The translations under genes were made by a program, and so were the position numbers. Below the pieces are notes generated by a model. It was given only the letters and a program-made list of their open reading frames with translations, did no database searches and was not told the DNA's origin. Of a stretch of DNA of 64,000 bases, positions 48,001 to 59,389 are shown one piece after another. This DNA comes from a virus, in IMG/VR virus record IMGVR_UViG_3300032006_000003, positions 18,757 to 82,756 of that record, one strand, 5' to 3'. How positions within the stretch are numbered: the stretch's first letter is position 1; each line of letters opens with the position of its first letter.

Positions 48001-49532
48001 GCTGACGAACCAGAACCAGTACTTTGGTTATATGCTCTCACATAGCTAGCAGCACCACTATTAGTGTCATCAAATAACCCACTTCCGGGAACAACTATTC
48101 CTGTAGCAGAAGTATAGAATTTTAGAACATTATTATGATAAAGATTGACTCCAGCATCAACAATGAATCTCGCCATAAATTCATCGCCAACACCTTTATT
48201 TATCCTTACTTCTGATCCATTACTGCCAATAAGAAGGTTGCCCGTCCCATTATCAAGAAGAACACTATTACTAGCATCGTGATAAATCTCAAAATCGGAA
48301 CTAGTACCAAGAACAATTTTGTCATTATCTGCAAGAGTTACGTTACCAGCAGGGTCTAATACTAAGTCACCAGCAGTTGTGCTTAATTTAGCCCCACTAG
48401 ATGCTTGAAATGCAACTGTAGCAACATTAGAAGCTACTTGATATCTAGAATGGGAAGAACCCGTAACCTTTAATTCCATTTGGTCAGCTGGAGAATCGTC
48501 ACTCCCATAATATTTCCACCATGCTCTATCGGCATCCCCATTATTTCCAAAAATAACTGCACTAGCATATCCATCGTCAGACGAGATAGTAAGAGTTCTG
48601 TCGGCAGTATCTGTTGTATCTCCTATAGTTGCATTATCACTAATATCTAAAGTGGTTCCTGTAATCGTTCCAGAACTTGTTACTGCCCCGGCGTTCCATA
48701 CCCCAGAGGTTACAGTTCCAATAGTTGTACTAGTACCGCTAACTGTAAGATCAGTTAACGTACCAACAGATGTTAAAGATGATGCAGTAACTCCAGAAGC
48801 TAATGTATTTCCAGTTAAAGTTCCCGCAGGAGCAGTACCAGTAATATTTCCTTCTAGATTAGCCACTAATGTTCCTACTGTATAACCAGTTCCAGAAACA
48901 TTAACTGTTGTAGTTGGGGTAGCTTGTAAGTCTTTAAAAAGTTTCCATTTACCAGAATCATTCGCATCTCTAAATAAGCCGCCATATAAGTCTTGTGAAC
49001 CAGATGTATCATATAGTCCATAGATACCAATATCTATTGCATCAGATGAAGTATTACCTGTTGCAAGAGAAATCAACGGGTCTTCTACTGCTAATGTTGC
49101 CGTATTCACGGTAGTAGTATCTCCTGACACCGTAAAGTTCCCAGAAACTGTTACGTTTCCGGGAAGGGTTGGATTGTTAGGAATGCTTAATGTAATGGCT
49201 CCTGTCGAAGCAGAGGCAGCGATTTGATTTGCTGTACCCGCAATTGTGGCTGCATAGTTACCTGTTGTCTCTGTTCCTAAAATTACGCCCCCATCTTTAA
49301 TAGTTACAACTCCTGATGATACAGCAAAATTATCACTATTAAAAGATGCGACACCTTTGGCAGCTGTTGTAGCATCGGCAGCAGTAGTTAGATTCCAACT
49401 ATCACCATCCCATTGATATATTTTATCTGTATCAGTCTCAACAAAAATTACACCTAACTCGTTTGCTGTAAGTGTAGGTTTTGTGTCTCCTGCTAAACCA
49501 GATACGGTAGTGCCTAAATATTGTATTGCCAT
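45099..49532 (-). CDS. Long tail fibre/receptor-binding protein
   Basis: 1477 aa; Gly/Thr/Ser-rich fibre repeats, DKVLTSDANGDATW motif, large C-terminal beta domain. Confidence 0.7.
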   Translation of the reverse strand: MAIQYLGTTVSGLAGDTKPTLTANELGVIFVETDTDKIYQWDGDSWNLTTAADATTAAKGVASFNSDNFAVSSGVVTIKDGGVILGTETTGNYAATIAGTANQIAASASTGAITLSIPNNPTLPGNVTVSGNFTVSGDTTTVNTATLAVEDPLISLATGNTSSDAIDIGIYGLYDTSGSQDLYGGLFRDANDSGKWKLFKDLQATPTTTVNVSGTGYTVGTLVANLEGNITGTAPAGTLTGNTLASGVTASSLTSVGTLTDLTVSGTSTTIGTVTSGVWNAGAVTSSGTITGTTLDISDNATIGDTTDTADRTLTISSDDGYASAVIFGNNGDADRAWWKYYGSDDSPADQMELKVTGSSHSRYQVASNVATVAFQASSGAKLSTTAGDLVLDPAGNVTLADNDKIVLGTSSDFEIYHDASNSVLLDNGTGNLLIGSNGSEVRINKGVGDEFMARFIVDAGVNLYHNNVLKFYTSATGIVVPGSGLFDDTNSGAASYVRAYNQSTGSGSSAHMEIRTLGSGDVKTLYMLENIDGGSNDIYYSVGIDHSNSDNFKISNSSALGTNDRLIIDTNGRVAIGGGITTPEAMLHIISASTAGLDIETTGADSNAMLTFDNDARWMQVGLFGDDGDSFKIRDSAGSGTDIFKVEPSGDVRLFNSGTSKVVWDASDNGLEFVDGANALFGTGGDMKIWHNGNVNRIDLTSPLQIEGDGSSFDLLQLQMSGGSGKTIELTADNSGTYWDFTGYAYLRPERSTANALKIDTNGNVDVNGNLNVIQGSNDTASIVKVIGDGETAGDVFARIGAQNLHHGTGTNGGEAFIDFRMASYQHSDRDGADILMQVADSVGVMAPALAIESPSTAGTGTTTKTTVFGTLKIKGGSPGADKVLTSDANGDATWEDAAGGGGGTIELTVASGQTITPGMAVGVNSSGQAVEYTTTGADYIPPIMYSYPETQSTYAIRSPEIAYDTETNIHVMIFTKYTASNGEDVRDGGVNQGIFAVPFEIDANDNITFGTEMRITSDRSLYGYSIHLQYLETRQQMVATITVSTSETVVFLLKPKATNPTTVVASSELSISTGSVNYYKTMFADASSGSDHRGIISYTGGSYYTKVRVLDFGTAWNETQGAAHGITAGSETNLYNQASYNEKPGVWMRSTHSGGGKQMCVFGYYAFKFGFDIGTSGTTISNITIGHWGSSQPRPHVAVYTGTPGWAFVFASYSSYQSYLIPVAIGSDNSTSEGAVANSVAGGGAGDSGMLGLVYTGTTNTMMVISGRNSGAPSGGVLPGNGAWSNQRGKYTKRMTYNSGWVVASPNTSVDTADLFLNPYAQGEHEGLGSIGHDFDPDRSRVVIASTTTAGNPSRGDLSESRFGTYAGRTTGIWMMKISGTTAPLDNYGTLSGMFVGFGADASNVTAGNTVTVTIKGGVNEQQSGLAIGQHYFMNEFGTLYANGLPDMHQASLYVGRAISATKLLVDGSKGWAFR

Positions 49533-49550
49533 TTAATCTATTTAGCCTCC

Positions 49551-50132
49551 TTAAAAATGCTCAATATACGAGATATAGTAACCCCATCCAGAATCTAAGT
49601 ACTTCTTAGCGGCATTGCTTGTGCCTACGTTACTTGATTCATTAGCAATTCGTAATAAATCTGCACCTTCCATATAAATTGGCCCTGTAATTGTATTAAC
49701 TGGATTATATCTATTATGAAGTGAAGTTTCTTCACCAGAGTTAGCATGGGTTTGAGGTATTGGAACCCACCAATGCCCATACAACGCCCCTTCTGTTGTG
49801 TTACCGTCTTCTAACTCCATATTATATCCGGGCATAGCTTCCTCATTATTTATGCTATGTTCATAACCCCCCCAACTTCCAGACCATTGATTCGCCCAAG
49901 CCATAGGGAATTGGCTTCTAGACATGGCAACTGTTACGTACGAAGGCTCTGTCCAAATACCAGTTACTTCTAGTACTTTACCCGGAATTCCTCGTAACAT
50001 AACATAGTTCATATATCCATAAGATTGTCCATTGTTGTCTGTCATATAAGTACTCCAACTACTTTGACCACCTGTTTTACCAAAAATAGTTTTGGGGATT
50101 GAATACTCACATGTTTTTAAATTAACTGTCAT
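49551..50132 (-). CDS. Putative virion accessory protein
   Basis: 193 aa; C-terminal PIYMEGAD..ISYIE resembles the end of the neighbouring ORF. Confidence 0.5.
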   Translation of the reverse strand: MTVNLKTCEYSIPKTIFGKTGGQSSWSTYMTDNNGQSYGYMNYVMLRGIPGKVLEVTGIWTEPSYVTVAMSRSQFPMAWANQWSGSWGGYEHSINNEEAMPGYNMELEDGNTTEGALYGHWWVPIPQTHANSGEETSLHNRYNPVNTITGPIYMEGADLLRIANESSNVGTSNAAKKYLDSGWGYYISYIEHF

Positions 50133-50144
50133 TTTATAGTCTCC

Positions 50145-51389
50145 TTATGCGTCATTAACAACTTCAAAGCTAATTAAAATATCGCAATTTTTTCGATAGA
50201 ATTGCGGACTATTATCATTACAAACTACTTTCGCAGTTAGTTTATCTCCAGCCCCTAACCATATGGGTTGCTCGATAACATTAGTCGGCTTGTCCATTGT
50301 AGCTTTTTTTGTCTGACAAAGATTTGTTATTGCAACAGAACCGGGTGAAGAAGGTACAGTAATAATAGAACTATTTCCTGAATCTAAAATACCTGTATTT
50401 CCTGTTGCTAATCCCTCTATCTGCATATCAACATGCATATTAGGGACATCTGGGTTAATAATTTGAATGCTATTTATTTTTATAGTCTTATCAGCAGGCA
50501 CAGTAAATAACTCTGAGTGAGTACGAGGCGATTGTATATTCAGAAAACTGTAATTACTGACACCATAATCCCCCCATGTATGAGTCTTATGTCCCCAATA
50601 ATTACTAGCCTTTTTAACTTGAGGAAGTTCAAAATTATTGTTCGGCATTAGATACCACATATGACTTCCATTCAAAGTTCCATATGATGCATTAGAATCC
50701 ATATTTCCAGTTATAGTTCGGGCATTGGGGTCAGTAATATTAAAATAAGGGTAATGTGTTCCTGTCGCAAATCCGATAATAAGATCACCCATACGAGTTT
50801 TAATGGGTCTAACATGAGCAAAAGTATTATATTGGTAACCCTCCTGTGTCCAAATAACTTTGTCAGCAGTTCGTTGTTCACTACGCCCCGAATTAACAAT
50901 TCCAAAAGGATTTGTTTGGTCTACATTACCAAAATAGCCTATCCCCAAAAAAGCATACCCTCCCTGCGTAGCAACATGATCTATACTATATGGAACTGTT
51001 CCCCAACTACCTATAGAATCATCTGTAGATTTATCAGGATTAGTACGGTAATAATGAGCCATTGATATTGACTGCCCGGCTATTGCATCTGCTTTGTCTA
51101 ATAAGGTCATCGCATCCCCATTTTGAGTTACACCACTTGATGCTGACGAATCGTAATTGGCTACAGAACACAAAGTCATTGTATTTGCAATTGCCTCTGA
51201 TGAACCGTCATCAGTATAACCACCCATATTGCGATAATTAGTCGGTGTTGGGCATTTACCTGTAATAGAAGATGAACCATTGCTTGTTGCATGTCCTGCC
51301 CCAAACAAAGTTACTTGATCAGCAGTAATTGTCCACGACAACGTTCCTGTTGCTAAATTTGTTAAAGCTGCTATATTTGGATTTGCCAT
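50145..51389 (-). CDS. Putative virion accessory protein
   Basis: 414 aa; MANPNI N-terminus, KINSIQIIN..PIWLGAGDKL..ISFE C-terminus. Confidence 0.5.
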   Translation of the reverse strand: MANPNIAALTNLATGTLSWTITADQVTLFGAGHATSNGSSSITGKCPTPTNYRNMGGYTDDGSSEAIANTMTLCSVANYDSSASSGVTQNGDAMTLLDKADAIAGQSISMAHYYRTNPDKSTDDSIGSWGTVPYSIDHVATQGGYAFLGIGYFGNVDQTNPFGIVNSGRSEQRTADKVIWTQEGYQYNTFAHVRPIKTRMGDLIIGFATGTHYPYFNITDPNARTITGNMDSNASYGTLNGSHMWYLMPNNNFELPQVKKASNYWGHKTHTWGDYGVSNYSFLNIQSPRTHSELFTVPADKTIKINSIQIINPDVPNMHVDMQIEGLATGNTGILDSGNSSIITVPSSPGSVAITNLCQTKKATMDKPTNVIEQPIWLGAGDKLTAKVVCNDNSPQFYRKNCDILISFEVVNDA

Positions 51390-51437
51390 TTAGTTCTCCT
51401 TCAAAAAGTATTTCTTTATATTATACTCAATTTTGTC

Positions 51438-54400
51438 TTATATACTTAATAAGCCTGCTGCATATGAAGTTGCAAAACCGCCTCCGCCACCTCCACCAAT
51501 TTCAGTCTCCGCTTCCTCATTTGAAATGAAATATAATTTTCCGTCTGATTTAGCATACAATATAACCCCATCTCCATCAGAAGGAGCAGAAGGTGAAGAA
51601 ACTTCACCAGACATATGTATAGCACCAGCCACCTCTAGTTTTTGATCGGGATCAGCTACACCAACTCCTACATTTCCACTACTATTAATACGTATTCCAT
51701 TAGTAGTTGTACTACCAACATACAACATCATATACGCATTTGCATGAGTATCCGCATTGTTAATAGTGAATTCACCATTATAGCGTTTAAGAATGTTTGC
51801 TGCTGAAGTAGCGTTATTAGCAGTATTGCGAGTAATTAATCTTATATCTATGGCATCAGTTGTTGCTGTAGTAGATTGGTTATGTAAGTCAAAATACTTT
51901 ATTCCGTTTACTGCACCACCACTACCGTATGAGAAATCTCCAGAACCTTTCCAAGTATGTGTTCCAGCGGCTGTTAAAGTAAAATCGACAACCCCTGCTC
52001 TACCCATTCTTAAATCATCTTCATAAACATCCATAAAGTAATAGTTATATGTGGAGTCAAAATCAGCGGCAGTACCAAGTCGTAGTTCTCCACCTTCTTT
52101 GTTTGCAGTACCTGAACCATTTCCATCACCGCCCAAGGCATGGAATATACCGGGAGTTGTATCATTTAACCCGATATACATAGTAGCTGCACTAGTGTCT
52201 ATGAACCCTACTTGAACATTGTTATGCTTCCAAATGAAATCTGAATTATTTGCCGTGTCCATTGTGAAGCTACCAGTATTATTATCCATTGTAAAGCTAT
52301 TACCAGTATGATACATCTGCATATCAGTAGAAGCATTCCCAGAAGTGCCACCAAAAGCTAGATAGGTATTATCCAAGAAGTGCATTCTGTTTTGGTCTTC
52401 ATCCCAAAGCACATGTCGCCCAGCGGTAGCACCAAAGAAAGTAACATCTACTCCAGTATCATCTACTCCAAAATTAGTAGCACTTGTTATTTCAACTTGA
52501 GATGCAGGATTTAATGTTAAGTCACCAGCATTTGTGCTAATAGTTGATGCAACATCAAATTCCAGATGATCTGCACCTATAGAAGTATATTTATTAGCGG
52601 TGGTATGTTCTTCAGTAACAATTCCTAAACCATGTATGTCAGTAGCAAATATACGTACATGATCAGATAAATATCCCGGTTCACTTGGGTCTTCTTGAAA
52701 TTCTATATATGACTTTTGCAGAACTATGTTATCGGAATCACCGTCTAGAGTAAGATCACCACTTAACGTAGTATTACCAGTAACTGTTAATGTATTTGTG
52801 GCTTCAATACTTTTTGCTTTAAGGTCTGCATAATTATCTATTGTTACGTTTCCAGCAGTTGCTCCAACTTCTGCATTAGCTTGAACGAATGAGAATTTAT
52901 CTGTAGACTCATCCCATATCAAACCCATATTATTCTGATTGCCACGTTCAATAATGAATCCAGCATCGTATGAAGGAGTACTTGAAACATTTTTAGCTAA
53001 TACTATTAATGGGTCTTCTACTAATAAATTAGTTGTATTAACTGTAGTAGTAGTTCCATCCACCTGTAAATTTCCTGAGACAGTTAAATTATTTCCAATG
53101 GTTACGTCATTAGGTAATCCTATAGTAACCGCTCCTGTACTAGCAGATACGTCTACTTCATTAGAAGTTCCTGCCACGGTAGCAACATAATTTCCAGTTG
53201 TGCCAGAGCCTAATGTAATCTGCCCACCACTATTAGAGGCAGCGTGGGTATGATTTGCATTTGCAAAACCTGTACCAGAAATAGTTGGTGTCGTTAATGT
53301 TTTAGCTGCGAGAGTTTCGGTTCCACCTAATGTGGCAAAACTTTCACTTTGTAATGCAGTATTAAATTCCGCAATAGAACCTGTAAGTGTGTTTGTACCT
53401 AGATCAATAGATTTATTTGTAAGTGTTCCTGTAGCAGCATAAAGAACAGACATATCCATTCTTTTCAAAGTCCCTGCATCGGAAACCATAAGTTCATCTG
53501 TTGTTGCTAATCCACTTGATAACTCTGTTTGTCCTGAAATAACATTAGTATTTAGCATAGAACCTTCAACAGAAGTAGCTGCAATAGTAGCTGTTAGTGT
53601 AGCATTACCTAATGTCGTTAAAGTAGCATTTCCAGATAAATCTCCTCCTAAAGTAATAACGGGAGACTTATTAATAGTTACTGCTGAATTAATATCTCCT
53701 GAATCAATATTTGCATTCGTTAAAGCTTGGGAATTAAGGTCTTGAGCCGAACTCCATGTTAAGCCTCCTGAAATAGTTGCCGCAGAAATATCCCCCGAAT
53801 CAATATTAACATTTGTTAATGCTTGAGAATTAAGGTTTTGTGCAGCACTCCAAGTTAAGGCTCCAGAAATAGTAACTCCTGTCATATCTCCAGAATCAAT
53901 ATCAACATTTGTCATATTCTGGCTATCAAAATTTATTGCTCCAGCTGCTGTGAAGGCTCCTAATTTAGTTACCGTTAAGGTATCAGTACCAGATGCAAAT
54001 ACGATATCTCCGTCCGAAGTAAATCCTCCGCTACCATCTGAAAGTTGTACACGTCCAACAACACCATCAGCTGTTCCTGATGCTTGTGTAGCCATATCTA
54101 ATCGTGTAATCGTTATAAAAGTACTACCAACGGCTCCACCCTCCACATTAAGATTAGCCCCGCTATTTTGATAAAGCTGAACAGTTAAATAGTCAGTTGG
54201 ATCATCTACATAAACCGTAACTGAATTACCTCCAATTGCTGTTGCTTGATTAGAAGGAGCCACTATTCTATCTGTTAGCAATACAATATCAGTACTACCT
54301 GATACATCTCGTTGTGTGACTTTCATTTCCCTATAGCCTGCGGAGTCTACTGCCCATTCATGTCCGATAGCTACATGGTAATATCCTGTGCCTCCAAAAG

Positions 54401-57400
54401 TAAATCTATTCGTAGGAGAAGCCCCATGAAAGGCTCCTATATCATACGCTTCTGACCATATCCCATTACTACCTGATCCTAACGTTGTAGATGTAGCAGT
54501 AGTAATAGCTAGATCGGCATTTAAATAGGCTTTAATTCCTCTAAAGGCTCCGCCTCCAGCAATTGCTCCTCCATCAGTTAATTTTACTTCAGAATTTGTA
54601 TCATTACGATAATATAATTCATTATCTGTTTTAGCATACACCATTCCATAACCACTTGTTGCATTTGGTGTAGCTTGTTCTTTAAGAGCTAATGAATTAT
54701 TTTTAATTTCTACATTAGAGGCAGCAGCAAAGCTATTACTGTTATTATATTGAATTTCATTACCTGATCCGACTGCTGTACCACTAATACCTAGATTATC
54801 AAGTTTTACTTTCTTTAATGCATTTGCATTTTGATCCCATACCATTACCATATCTTGGGCTGTATCAATACCTGACGAAGAAGTTATTTCTGAATGTCCT
54901 GTAATAACATTAGTATTTAACATTGTTCCTTCAACTGCCGTAGCTTGTATAGTTGAGGTTCCCGTTACGTTTGCAGTACCATCGAATGCAGCAGAAGTCC
55001 AAACAACATCTCCTGTCATTCCTATAGTTCTAGGGTTAGCTAAAGAAGCAGCTGATTGAGCGGTTCCTGTGACTACTCCAGAGAACCCTCCTGAAGCAGT
55101 AAGTACTCCAGTATTAGGATTATAGGTTAAGCCTGAATCCGTTTCAATTCCTTGTGCGCCTGTTTGTCCGTCCACAAATGTTGGATACACCGTTTCATTA
55201 GTTGAATTATTCGCAGTTGACGTTACATTCGTAGCTTCTGTTGCTGTAGTAGCATTCCCTTCAAAGGTTGTAGCTACTATCGTTCCAGCAGTACCTGACA
55301 CGACTTCACTAGTAATAGTAGCATCGGGAATAAAAGTAAACTTACCCGTATTATCGTCGTAACCAAAAAATCCGTTTTTCGCAGTCGTACCATTGTGCCA
55401 CCTAAAAGCAATTCCTCTATCTTTATTATCGTCTGACGACGGGGCAGTATCTCCACCCACTTGGAAAATAGGATCATCAACTGTAACTGTCGTACTATTA
55501 ACAGTTGTAGTTGTTCCATTAACCGTTAAGTTACCTGTAATAGTTACGTTATTAGGAAGTCCGATAGTTACGCCTGCTGTCTCAGACCCGCTTCCCGTAA
55601 CCTCGACTTCATTTGCTGTGCCTGTAATAGTAGCTATATAATTTCCTGTAGTATGCGTACCTAATGTAATTAAGTTATTTAATGTTGTCGCTCCTGTACC
55701 GCCTCTAGCGACTGCTAACGTTCCTGTAGTATCAGCTATAGCAAGTGTCCCGCCACCAGCTGCATTGGTATGATCATGAGTTGAATTTACAAAACTTCCA
55801 ATAGTTGGCGTTGTTAAAGTTTTACTCGTTAAAGTTTCACTACCCGTTAAAGAAACGAAGCTATCTCCTTGTAGAGCAGTATTAAACTCAGCTAATGTTC
55901 CTGTGACTGTGTTTGCATCTAAGTCAATTGTTTTATTGGTCAATGTTTCACTATTTGCTACTGTTGCCAATGTTCCTGATGTTGGTAATGTAATGTTTGT
56001 CGTCCCACCCGTAGTCAATGTTAAAGCATGACTACCTGTTGTAAAGGCGTTACCAAAAGTTAAATCCCCGGAAATTTCTAATGTTCTAGCAGCATTATTC
56101 GGATCAATAGTAACTACTCTATTTGCTGTTAACGTAGTAGCCCCCATTGCTATCTGCATTTCATATGCCGTAGCTGCCTGTTTAATACCAAAAGAAGTAA
56201 GACCATTAATTGTGCCTGAATTAATATCTATGCCTGTTTGGGCCGTTGACCATGTAAGATCAACAGCTATCTCACCGCCTGATACCGTAATCGCTGAACT
56301 GGCTCCTAATGTTGTGCTATCAATGTTTCCTCCATTGATATCAAAAGCACTACCTTCAATTTCAGTACTGCCTGCCGTTAATTTACCTGATAGACTAAAA
56401 TTACCGATAGTTGTGGCGGCAATTGTATTAACAGTTAATATATTAGTAGATGCGTTATATTCAAATCCTCCTTCAGAAGAAAGAAGCCCATTCGCTCCTG
56501 TATAAATAACTTCCCCTGCTGTTAATCCATCGGCTGTTAAGGTATTTGCCCTAAAACCATGTGTTCCTATATCTAGGTTACCCATTGCAGTTAGAGCCGT
56601 AACTCGATAGATACTTACAGCATCGTCTGAATTATCTCCAATTTGAATTGCGTTATTGTCACCCGTTAAAGAATCAATAGCTAAACTACCAATATTTAAA
56701 ATGGCATCATCACTAAAGTTTAATCCTGATACAGCATCAAGAATTAATTCCCCACTAGTTGAACTAATGGTATTTCCATCAATTCGTATATTATCTACGT
56801 TAAGTTGCCCCGCTGTAAGAACAGATGTTCCAATATCAATATTTCCAAAGCTGCTAGAAACTGCTCCAGAAGCTAGTATACCTACTGTAGTTAACGATGA
56901 GGTAACAACAGCCGAACCCAATGTTGTAGCGTTTAAGGTAGACGCATTATTTATCTTAAACTCTTTTCCTGATGCTATATTCCAATGTTCGCTAGAGGTC
57001 CAATTTGTATTAGAACTATCCCATATAATAGTTTTATCTGTAGCACCTTTAAGTGTTATTCCACCGCCATTAGCTGTCGTGTTGGTAGGAGTTCCAACAG
57101 AACCCATCGTAATATTTTTATCGTCTACATCTAATGTTGTTGAATTAACTGTGGTAGACGTTCCTTGAATATCTACATCACCAGTAATTACAACTTTACC
57201 AGACCCTTTAGGTTCAAGACGTAAATCAATATTTGTATCGGTTCCTAAAGCTTTTAATATTGGAGGATTATTTACAGCACTATTTGTAATTTGTAAATAG
57301 TTAACTGCACTTGCTACAGGAGAAAAGACTATTTGTTCATTACCATTTGCATCTAAAATTGTAGTTAGAACGGGATTGACATAAGTCTTATTTGTTAAAG

Positions 57401-57653
57401 TCTGTGCGGCGGTTGTGATTACCATCTCACCATCAGCAGATAAAGCTGGAATTGTAGCCGTGTAATGTTGGCTGGCTTCAGAGGTATCTCCGTGACCTAA
57501 ATAAATACCGTAGGTTTCCGTAGGTAATTTAAGTAATAAAGCTGTATTAAGAACTAAAGAGTCGATTTCCGCATAATCGAAAAAACCGGGGCGGTCAAAT
57601 AAATTGCCCCCGGCTCCAGACGATAAGCCTCCCATTCCTCTACGGATTGGCAT
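51438..57653 (-). CDS. Giant fibre-like structural protein with internal repeats
   Basis: 2071 aa; TLTNK repeats, repeated GTTTTVN..VEDP modules, 32-aa tandem repeats. Confidence 0.7.
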   Translation of the reverse strand: MPIRRGMGGLSSGAGGNLFDRPGFFDYAEIDSLVLNTALLLKLPTETYGIYLGHGDTSEASQHYTATIPALSADGEMVITTAAQTLTNKTYVNPVLTTILDANGNEQIVFSPVASAVNYLQITNSAVNNPPILKALGTDTNIDLRLEPKGSGKVVITGDVDIQGTSTTVNSTTLDVDDKNITMGSVGTPTNTTANGGGITLKGATDKTIIWDSSNTNWTSSEHWNIASGKEFKINNASTLNATTLGSAVVTSSLTTVGILASGAVSSSFGNIDIGTSVLTAGQLNVDNIRIDGNTISSTSGELILDAVSGLNFSDDAILNIGSLAIDSLTGDNNAIQIGDNSDDAVSIYRVTALTAMGNLDIGTHGFRANTLTADGLTAGEVIYTGANGLLSSEGGFEYNASTNILTVNTIAATTIGNFSLSGKLTAGSTEIEGSAFDINGGNIDSTTLGASSAITVSGGEIAVDLTWSTAQTGIDINSGTINGLTSFGIKQAATAYEMQIAMGATTLTANRVVTIDPNNAARTLEISGDLTFGNAFTTGSHALTLTTGGTTNITLPTSGTLATVANSETLTNKTIDLDANTVTGTLAEFNTALQGDSFVSLTGSETLTSKTLTTPTIGSFVNSTHDHTNAAGGGTLAIADTTGTLAVARGGTGATTLNNLITLGTHTTGNYIATITGTANEVEVTGSGSETAGVTIGLPNNVTITGNLTVNGTTTTVNSTTVTVDDPIFQVGGDTAPSSDDNKDRGIAFRWHNGTTAKNGFFGYDDNTGKFTFIPDATITSEVVSGTAGTIVATTFEGNATTATEATNVTSTANNSTNETVYPTFVDGQTGAQGIETDSGLTYNPNTGVLTASGGFSGVVTGTAQSAASLANPRTIGMTGDVVWTSAAFDGTANVTGTSTIQATAVEGTMLNTNVITGHSEITSSSGIDTAQDMVMVWDQNANALKKVKLDNLGISGTAVGSGNEIQYNNSNSFAAASNVEIKNNSLALKEQATPNATSGYGMVYAKTDNELYYRNDTNSEVKLTDGGAIAGGGAFRGIKAYLNADLAITTATSTTLGSGSNGIWSEAYDIGAFHGASPTNRFTFGGTGYYHVAIGHEWAVDSAGYREMKVTQRDVSGSTDIVLLTDRIVAPSNQATAIGGNSVTVYVDDPTDYLTVQLYQNSGANLNVEGGAVGSTFITITRLDMATQASGTADGVVGRVQLSDGSGGFTSDGDIVFASGTDTLTVTKLGAFTAAGAINFDSQNMTNVDIDSGDMTGVTISGALTWSAAQNLNSQALTNVNIDSGDISAATISGGLTWSSAQDLNSQALTNANIDSGDINSAVTINKSPVITLGGDLSGNATLTTLGNATLTATIAATSVEGSMLNTNVISGQTELSSGLATTDELMVSDAGTLKRMDMSVLYAATGTLTNKSIDLGTNTLTGSIAEFNTALQSESFATLGGTETLAAKTLTTPTISGTGFANANHTHAASNSGGQITLGSGTTGNYVATVAGTSNEVDVSASTGAVTIGLPNDVTIGNNLTVSGNLQVDGTTTTVNTTNLLVEDPLIVLAKNVSSTPSYDAGFIIERGNQNNMGLIWDESTDKFSFVQANAEVGATAGNVTIDNYADLKAKSIEATNTLTVTGNTTLSGDLTLDGDSDNIVLQKSYIEFQEDPSEPGYLSDHVRIFATDIHGLGIVTEEHTTANKYTSIGADHLEFDVASTISTNAGDLTLNPASQVEITSATNFGVDDTGVDVTFFGATAGRHVLWDEDQNRMHFLDNTYLAFGGTSGNASTDMQMYHTGNSFTMDNNTGSFTMDTANNSDFIWKHNNVQVGFIDTSAATMYIGLNDTTPGIFHALGGDGNGSGTANKEGGELRLGTAADFDSTYNYYFMDVYEDDLRMGRAGVVDFTLTAAGTHTWKGSGDFSYGSGGAVNGIKYFDLHNQSTTATTDAIDIRLITRNTANNATSAANILKRYNGEFTINNADTHANAYMMLYVGSTTTNGIRINSSGNVGVGVADPDQKLEVAGAIHMSGEVSSPSAPSDGDGVILYAKSDGKLYFISNEEAETEIGGGGGGGFATSYAAGLLSI

Positions 57654-57656
57654 ATG

Positions 57657-57986
57657 TTACCTCCCCCAGATAATACCTCGAATTCTGGCATTAGTTGATG
57701 TGGCTCGTAATATACTGATCTTAGAACCAATATAAACAGAGTCATCAAAATACCCTTCATCTTGAGGTACTAGCATAGTTGATGTTGATGCATCCTCATC
57801 GAATGCTATATAGGCTGGACCATTCTCTACTACAAACGAAACTTTATTACACTCTTCCATAGCTGTTGTTATATCTACAGCAGTTGTGGCATTACCATCT
57901 GTTGTTTCAACGGTAAAGGTTTTATTTTTACTATAATTTTGGAGCAGTTCAATTTCATTTCTCCAAGGCTTATTTCTCGTCGTCAT
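57657..57986 (-). CDS. Small beta-rich putative virion protein
   Basis: 109 aa; YIAFD..IRGIIWG resembles the C-terminus of 7139..8152 (VAFDD..IRGYIWG). Confidence 0.5.
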   Translation of the reverse strand: MTTRNKPWRNEIELLQNYSKNKTFTVETTDGNATTAVDITTAMEECNKVSFVVENGPAYIAFDEDASTSTMLVPQDEGYFDDSVYIGSKISILRATSTNARIRGIIWGR

Positions 57987-58995
57987 TTCCGTCCTCCCGT
58001 TTAAATTTCAAAAGGGTTGGTGAGCCTAACCCCATATATTTTCTATGGACTGCTTGTGAAGCTACTGGTAATCCTGCTCGTTTCATTATCGGAGCAGTTG
58101 AAAAATACCTAGGCTTCCTAACCTCAGTTAATAATGCAGAATTAAATTCAATTAATTCTTCTTTCTCCTGCAATAAATAATTAACTGTCTCTCCTAATTC
58201 TTCTATAACTATTGTACTATCAGATAGCTTTTGTTCTAAAGCAGATGATTTTGAGGTTGTTGTTGAAGATTCTTTACTTAACCTCTTGATCCAATTATCT
58301 AATTGGCTTTTAATTCCTTCTAAAGTCTCTATTTTCTCTCTAGCTGCTCTATTATCATTAATTAATTGTTGAGTCTCTAACTCTAAGTCTTTAAAATTAT
58401 TAAGAGTTAATGAAAGAGTCTTTGAATATTCACTATTGTCACTAACAAGAGTTGTATTTAAATTAGTTAATTCAGTTAATTTATTTTCTTGATCGAACAT
58501 TTTTACATTTTGGTCATGTATCTCAATAGATTGTTCTTCTTGTTTCTTCTGACTCTCTGCTAAATTAGTTTCAAAAGTCTCTAATACATTAATATAATGG
58601 TTAGTTTCTAATTTTAATTCATTACGTTCAGTAGTTACTTGTTGAAGATTATTTTCTAAAGAGGGAATTTGATCAAGCATTTTACGTAAATCTTCATTAT
58701 TCTCTTTTAATAAGTCTTGAGCAAGTTGTTGTTGCTGTAATTGTATACCTAATTGTCCATTTTCATTAGTAATTACTGTAAGTCTTTCTGAATTATCATT
58801 AAATCTTATTTGTAATTCATTATGTTGTTGAATCAACTCTTGATATTTCTTATTATCACTAGTTAAATCTTTAATTTGATTTTCTAATTTAGAAGTTTGA
58901 ACTTCATTATTTATTAATTTAACAACTGGTGATTTAATTTTTCTTTTTACAGGAGTTGAATTATTATAATCACGTAGTTTCATATTCTGAATCAA
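57970..58995 (-). CDS. Long coiled-coil protein
   Basis: 341 aa; Leu/Glu/Gln/Asn heptads. Confidence 0.65.
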   Translation of the reverse strand: MIQNMKLRDYNNSTPVKRKIKSPVVKLINNEVQTSKLENQIKDLTSDNKKYQELIQQHNELQIRFNDNSERLTVITNENGQLGIQLQQQQLAQDLLKENNEDLRKMLDQIPSLENNLQQVTTERNELKLETNHYINVLETFETNLAESQKKQEEQSIEIHDQNVKMFDQENKLTELTNLNTTLVSDNSEYSKTLSLTLNNFKDLELETQQLINDNRAAREKIETLEGIKSQLDNWIKRLSKESSTTTSKSSALEQKLSDSTIVIEELGETVNYLLQEKEELIEFNSALLTEVRKPRYFSTAPIMKRAGLPVASQAVHRKYMGLGSPTLLKFKREDGNDDEK

Positions 58996-59380
58996 TTCCT
59001 TTAATTATATACTGATCTCCATACTTCATTTCAAATTTTCCTTTGTCTAAATTAATAAACCATTCTACACCACCAACTACAGATTTAACCATATCTGATG
59101 TACTACCTGTAGAAGGATCAGTAACAGGATAACTACCTAAATTTAAAATGTCAAGAAACTCTCTCCAACTAGGGAATTCTCCATTAGGAGTAGCTTCTAA
59201 AATATCTGTAGACTCTACGTACATTATTTGTCCTGCTAATCGTTCTCCACCTCGTGATGGATCAGCAGGCTTAAAATATAAATACCCCCAATATTTTTTA
59301 GGTAAAGCCCTCTCTTCAACAGGTTGGACTTTCTTAGGTCTTCCCCTTTTACGTTTTTCTGTGCTATTATCTGTAGTCAT
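58970..59380 (-). CDS. Protein with N-terminal AT-hook-like motif
   Basis: KRKRGRPKK; GGAGG SD. Confidence 0.6.
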   Translation of the reverse strand: MTTDNSTEKRKRGRPKKVQPVEERALPKKYWGYLYFKPADPSRGGERLAGQIMYVESTDILEATPNGEFPSWREFLDILNLGSYPVTDPSTGSTSDMVKSVVGGVEWFINLDKGKFEMKYGDQYIIKGIDSEYETT

Positions 59381-59389
59381 ATTGACCTC

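Noticed and set aside
45099-57653. Diversity-generating retroelement acting on the fibre genes
   Set aside because: No reverse transcriptase and no adenine-specific template/variable repeat pair noticed; the repeats are diverged at the protein level
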